Shown here: in pieces, positions 58,747-64,000 of the stretch | Numbering within the stretch: position 1 is the first letter of the stretch | How the letters are laid out: every line of letters begins with the position of its first letter | DNA from: Azolla caroliniana | Lineage: Eukaryota; Plantae; Polypodiophyta | Direction of reading: 5' to 3' | Assembly: GCA_043228905.1 (NCBI GenBank) | Contig: JBHGNT010000014.1 | Location: forward strand, 15,872,001 to 15,936,000 | DNA: 64,000 nucleotides | Program-made: the position numbers and the translations under genes | Notes under the pieces: generated by a model | Told to the model about the DNA's origin: nothing | Seen by the model: only the letters and a program-made list of their open reading frames with translations | The model's database searches: none

Positions 58747-61631
58747 TGTGAGAAAAGTTGTTAATAGCAGTAGCGGAACAGTTGTTAGAACAAAATAGAC
58801 ACAGCCAAGATGTGAGAAGGCTGTTAGACAGCAGTAGAAAAAATGGTTGCAAAGAGTAGAGACACAGCCAAAGAGTAGAGCTTGTTTGTAAGTAGCAGCA
58901 AAAATAAAAGTCTTTACAAAAGAGGCTAGTATAGCCTATTTATACAAAATTGGGGAAAGTGGGTGGAATGGTTGTTTGGTAGTTAAGTGACTCTTGCACT
59001 ACCAAACAGGTACAATAAACTAGGAATAAGAGGGAATATCTTGAAAAAAGTGAAAGAGAGAGAAGGCATTTAAGGAGTTGCAGATTCTAGAGAGAAGAAT
59101 ATAGGAAGAGAGAGAATGTAAAAGAGAGATAATAAAGATGAAAGAGAGTGCAAGTCTGGGGCTGCCACCCTCTAACACCTCCTCAGTTCCAGAACGGTGG
59201 TCCAACATTGAGTCGACCGAGGAGTTGATCAATGGCTTGCCTTAGAAGTGGCTTAGTAAATAAATCAGCCACATTTTCTTGAGTAGGACAATATGCCAAG
59301 TGGATGACTTGTGATTTCACTAATTCATGAACAAAATTGTAGTGCACTTCAATATGTATTGTTCTACCATGAAATGTTGAGCTATGTGCCAAGGCACGAG
59401 CACTTTGGCTATCAATGAAAACTGCAATAGGGAGAGACTTGCAAAACATCAATGTGACAAAATAATTGCATTAACCATAGCAACTCACAAAAGTATCCAA
59501 GTAGGCTAGATATTTAGCTTCTATTGATGAAGTAGAAACTGATTTTTGCTTCTTTGATTTTCAAGAAATCAAGCCTAAACCTAACATAAAACAATAGCCA
59601 GATATGGACCTTCTAGAATCAACATCTGAGTAGATAACAAGCTCAATGTTGCGTCTAAAAGACAGACCATAGTCGAGTGTGTTGGCCAAGTACCTAAGAA
59701 CTCGAATAGATGCTTGCCAATGACTTTGTCTCGGAGCACTTGAGAATTGGCTGAGAATACTCAAGCTATAGGACAAATCAAGACTGGTGTAAGTTAAGTG
59801 AAGAAGAGACCCAATTAACCGTCTATATTTGGTGATATCTTCAAATATCTTTGTCTCGGAGCACTTGAGAATTGGCTGAGAATACTCAAGCTATAGGACA
59901 AATCAAGACTGGTGTAAGTTAAGTGAAGAAGAGACCCAATTAACCGTCTATATTTGGTGATATCTTCAAATATGGGAGAATCATCTTCACGATATAGCTT
60001 TGAGTTAGGATCCATCGGACAAGAGAGTGGCCTGCAATTTGACATGCCATAAGTCTCAAGGAGCTGCCTATGATACCTATGTTGGCTGAGGAAGATACCA
60101 CCATGTGATTGATAGACCTCCAAACCTATGAAGTAATGGAGAAGTCCTAGATCAATTATTTCGAATGTGGTTTTGAGGTCAACATGGAGCTCCTTGATTT
60201 AAGAAGCAAGGGAACTTGTAATTAGAAGGTCATCAACATATAATATGATCAAGCATAGCAGATTTTCTTGGGAAAAGACATAGAGATTGATGTCAACATA
60301 ATAATGCTTAAACCTGAGTGAGAGAAAGAAGGTATCAATTTTGTCATGCCAAGCTTTGGGAGCTTGCTTTAAGCCATACAAGGCTTTGTGTAACCTGTAG
60401 ATCATGTTTTTCTGCTCTGAAATCTCGAAACTTGGAGGTTGTTCAACATAAACTTCCTCTGGTCTTGAAAATCCATTTCAGTCCAATGACTTGTCGATGT
60501 TGAGGCTGTGGGACCAGCTCCCATGTATGATTCCGCTCAATGGAATCAAGTTCAACTTCCATTGCTGCTTTCCACTTTGGAAGAACAAGGGCCTCTTTTG
60601 TTGTTGTGGGTTCTTGTGATTGCACAACAATGCACAGTAAGGCAAAGTTGCATGAGTGAAGAGGCCGTTGTGACCTACGTGTTCTTTTCATGTTGGTCAG
60701 AGAACCAAATGTATACTCATGAAGTTCAGCATTGGAGAGATGAGCATCACGAATGGTGGCTTGAAGCCACTTGGGAAGTGGTGGAAGTTGGTGTGTAGAG
60801 GGAGGGGAAACAAGTGGAGTTGAGGGAGAGGTTTGAATTGTTGGCAAAGTAAGAGGTTGAGTAGAAGGAGATGGGGGGCTTGAAGGTGAGACATCTTCGT
60901 CTAAAATAGGAGATTCCAGAGGAGCTGGGATTTCTACCGTGACCTTAGGTGAAATCCTCGAGTCATCCAGCTTAAACTCCACAAAATGAACATCCCTAGA
61001 GATGACTAGGGACTTTGATTCTAAATCCCATAACCTGTAGACTTTAGATTGTGTGTTGTAACCAATAAATTTGCATTTCTTGGTTTTAGACTCAAATTTA
61101 CTCCTTTTATGATCTGAAATGTGAACGTAAGCATCACAACCAAAGACTTTAAAATGAGATACTAAGGGTTTTACACCTGTAAATGCTTCTACAGGGGTCA
61201 TTGCAACAACTGCTTTTGTTGGGCAACATTTGATGATGTAGACTGTTGTGTTGACAACTTCACCCCAAAATGAGAGAGGAAGATTAGATTGAGATAGTAT
61301 TGTACGAGCCATCTCTTGGATTGTCCAGTTCTTCCTTTCCACAACTCCATTTTATTGAGGAGTATTGGGTGTAGAAAATTGGTGAGCAATGCCTCGTTGA
61401 GAACAGAAATGGTGGAAAGCTTGGGAGATAAACTCTCTACCATTGTCGGATTTGATCTTTCGAACTTTCTTTGATGTCTCGTTCTCCACAAGAGCTACCC
61501 ATTCTTGAAATTTGGTGAAGGCTTGAGATTTTTCTACAAGAAAATAAACCCAAACCTTACAGGAGAAATCATCAATGATAAGCATGAAGTAGCGTGCACC
61601 ACCAAGAGTAGTGGTTTTCATGGAACCACAA
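58747..61631 (-). mobile_element. Ty1/copia element A: 3' half (integrase, RT, RNase H, PPT, 3' LTR at 58747-59177), disrupted
   Basis: YFMLIIDDFS, SDNGREF, KALYGLKQAPKAW, LYVDDLL and ENVADLFTKPL. PPT GAGGAGG precedes TGTTAG. The LTR ends in CA. Confidence 0.93.
59724..59973. repeat. 125-bp apparently perfect tandem duplication within copia A RT
   Basis: 59724-59848 matches 59849-59973. Confidence 0.95.
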
Positions 61632-64000
61632 TGTTGGGAATAAAGGGCCATCATGCCTTTTATTAGTGTACAGGTGTGAACACACTCATAGCAGATTTTG
61701 ACTTGTATATATATATATATATATATAAACCAAAAAAAAGTGGTACACTCTTTGTACCCAAGACAACGTGCATCTCTCTCTCTCCCTTTGTCTCTCACTC
61801 GGATTCTCTCCCTCTTTGGTTGACCTAAACCCTAATCCTCGTGTTGCCCTTCAAACTAGTATCAGAGCAAAGCAGAGCAGGTTAGAGCAGGTCACGTTTT
61901 TTTCTTCTACGGAGCAAGTTTTTGTTTCTGCAGAGCACATCACATTTTTGTCCGTGTACAACAGGAACATCTTGTAGGCTCTGACAGTGTGGATCAAATT
62001 TCTTTTTGCCCATGGGTGTTGTACAATGCATGTACAACAAATATTGCCTCTGAAAATTTATCTGCAGATCTAAACTTTTTTGTTTTTCCAATGTGGCTAT
62101 ATATGGTTGGTTGGTACTTGTTTGTACCTTAGTTCACTTGTGTGAGAGTCTAGGTTTCCGTTTTTTTTTGCTTAAGTTTTGGTCCTCCTTTTGGGCTAAG
62201 AAATCACGATTGGCAATAGTGATAGTAGCCATCTTATGCACATCAAGAAGCTTGAGGGTGCACATAACTTAGCAGTATGGAAAAAGCAGTGTTACAACAT
62301 CCTGCTGCAAAAGAAACATGCAAAGCCTATTAAAGTCAAAGGGGTAAAGCCTACAGATATAGACCATGATTGGCAAGAGATGAACAAGGTTGCATGCTCG
62401 ACTATTGAGTTGTCAATTTCTGATGCCTTGCTGTTTAATATTGAAGGTTTGGACACTGCCTATTCTATATGGACTAGACTAGAGGAACTATATGCCCAAA
62501 AGACAGTAGCTTGCAAAGTTTATTGGCTTAAGAAACTTATGGATTTGCGCATGACAGAGGGCACACCCATGTCAACTCACCTGAGTGAGTTCAATTCCAT
62601 TTTCAGCCAACTGGTTGCCTTGAAATTCATCATTGATGATGAGTTTAAGGCCACGTTTTAACTTTGCACCTTGCCAGAAAGTTGGGATACTTTCAAGACT
62701 GCTATGAGCAATTCAAATATGATGCTTCTTTATGCCGATGTAGAGAGTTTTGTACTCATGGAAGAGATGAGTCGGCAAAACAATGCATCCAATAAGTCCT
62801 CTAGTGCGTTGCATACTAGGGGTAGGTCACAACAGAGAGGCAAATTTGATAGTTATGGGCGTAGTAAATCATGTGGTAAAGATGTAGAATGCCATCATTG
62901 TGGCAAAAAGGGTTCAACATGGTTCAACATGGTTCTGCTTTCAGTTTCAGCATGGTTCTGCTTTCACACTTCAGCATGTACGGCATGTACCTCAGCTCAA
63001 GAAGAGCTTGATTAGCACCGGATAGCTAGATGACGATGGATTTCACACCACCTTTGGTGATGGGAAATGGAAGATTTGTAAGGGATCTAGAGTTATTGCC
63101 AAGGGTAGTAAAAGTGATACTTTATATCCTCTCCATGTATCTAGTGTCAGTGACCATGTTGTTACCATAACCGAGCAGCCAAGTGTTTCTTTGTGGCATG
63201 GCCGGTTGGGACACATGAGTGAAACTGGTATGAAAGTACTTTCTCGTTTGGGTTACTTGCCTTGTCTTCGTTATGCTGATTTTGAGCATTGTGATCATTG
63301 TAGTTATGGTAAACATGTACAAACATCTCATAAAAAGTCTCTTTCGCTGAAATCTTCACCTCGCCGCTCGAGTTAGTACATTCAGATTTATGTCAGATGC
63401 TAGGGCTATCATTAGGGGGAAAGAAATACTTAGTCACTTTTGTCGATGATGCTACACGAAAGGCATGGGTTTACCCTATTCGTAGCAAGGATAAAGTGCT
63501 TGACAAGTTTCGAACATTCTTGGCATTAGTTGAGAATCAAATTGATAAGACATTTAAGGGTCTTCGCTCTAACAATGGTGGGGAATATGTGTCCAAGGCC
63601 TTTCAAGCATTTTGTGATAGCAAAGGGATAAAGAGGGAACTCACTGCCCCTTATAATCCACCCCAGAATGGAGTTGCAGAGCGTATGAATCGGACTATTC
63701 AAGATAGGGTTCGTACTATGCTGTCTCATGCTACGTTACCCCATGGTTTTTGGGCAGAGGCTGTTATGACAGCTGCTCACTTGATTAATCGGTCACTTAA
63801 CAGGTCTTTGGGAGGGGGAAAACCTCAAGAAGCTTGGTCAGGCAAGCCACCTTCATATGCTCACTTGAGAGTGTTTGGCTGCAAGGCTTTTGTGCACATT
63901 CGTAAAGAAGAACACAACAAACTTGAGCCAAAGTCCTGCAAATGTATTTTCCTAGGATACAGTGACGAGGGTGAAATGAGGTATAGATTGTGGGATCCCG
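61632..64000 (+). mobile_element. Ty1/copia element B nested in copia A: 5' LTR 61632-61853, PBS, gag, integrase; continues past the window
   Basis: TG...CA LTR. PBS T(A)GTATCAGAGC (tRNA-iMet) at 61857. Gag with LPESWDTF and a CHHCGKKG knuckle. LWHGRLGHMS, FVDDATRK, NGGEY and PQNGVAERMNRT follow. Stops and frameshifts present. Confidence 0.93.

Overview
Eukaryotic plant nuclear DNA, most likely from a leptosporangiate fern. This is inferred from the fern-style PLS/E PPR gene, the transposon spectrum and AT-rich intron-rich genes. Six protein-coding genes can be rebuilt by hand: a 5'-partial repeat-rich gene with a conserved LLRGFFFWL domain (+), pTAC6/PAP8 (+, last intron 10 kb), dynamin DRP2 (-), an At4g18490-like gene (+) whose last intron looks like a U12 AT-AC intron, a PLS-E PPR gene (+) and a 5'-partial TBCC-domain gene (-). 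Introns and intergenic DNA hold Ty3/gypsy and Ty1/copia remnants (including a solo LTR and a nested copia), RTEX-like and L1-like LINEs, two hAT-type MITEs and a decayed MULE. The most striking item is an endonuclease-less Penelope-like retroelement (about 5380-7830, -). It has a decayed minimal hammerhead ribozyme in its 3' region, and a (TTTAGGG)3 telomeric tract sits exactly at the frameshift in its RT. Further telomere-like tracts and a structured CpG-rich block lie on its 5' side. A second system is a set of non-LTR retroposons that share a covarying 3' stem-loop but carry different microsatellite tails. All calls come from reading the sequence by eye; no searches or folding were run.
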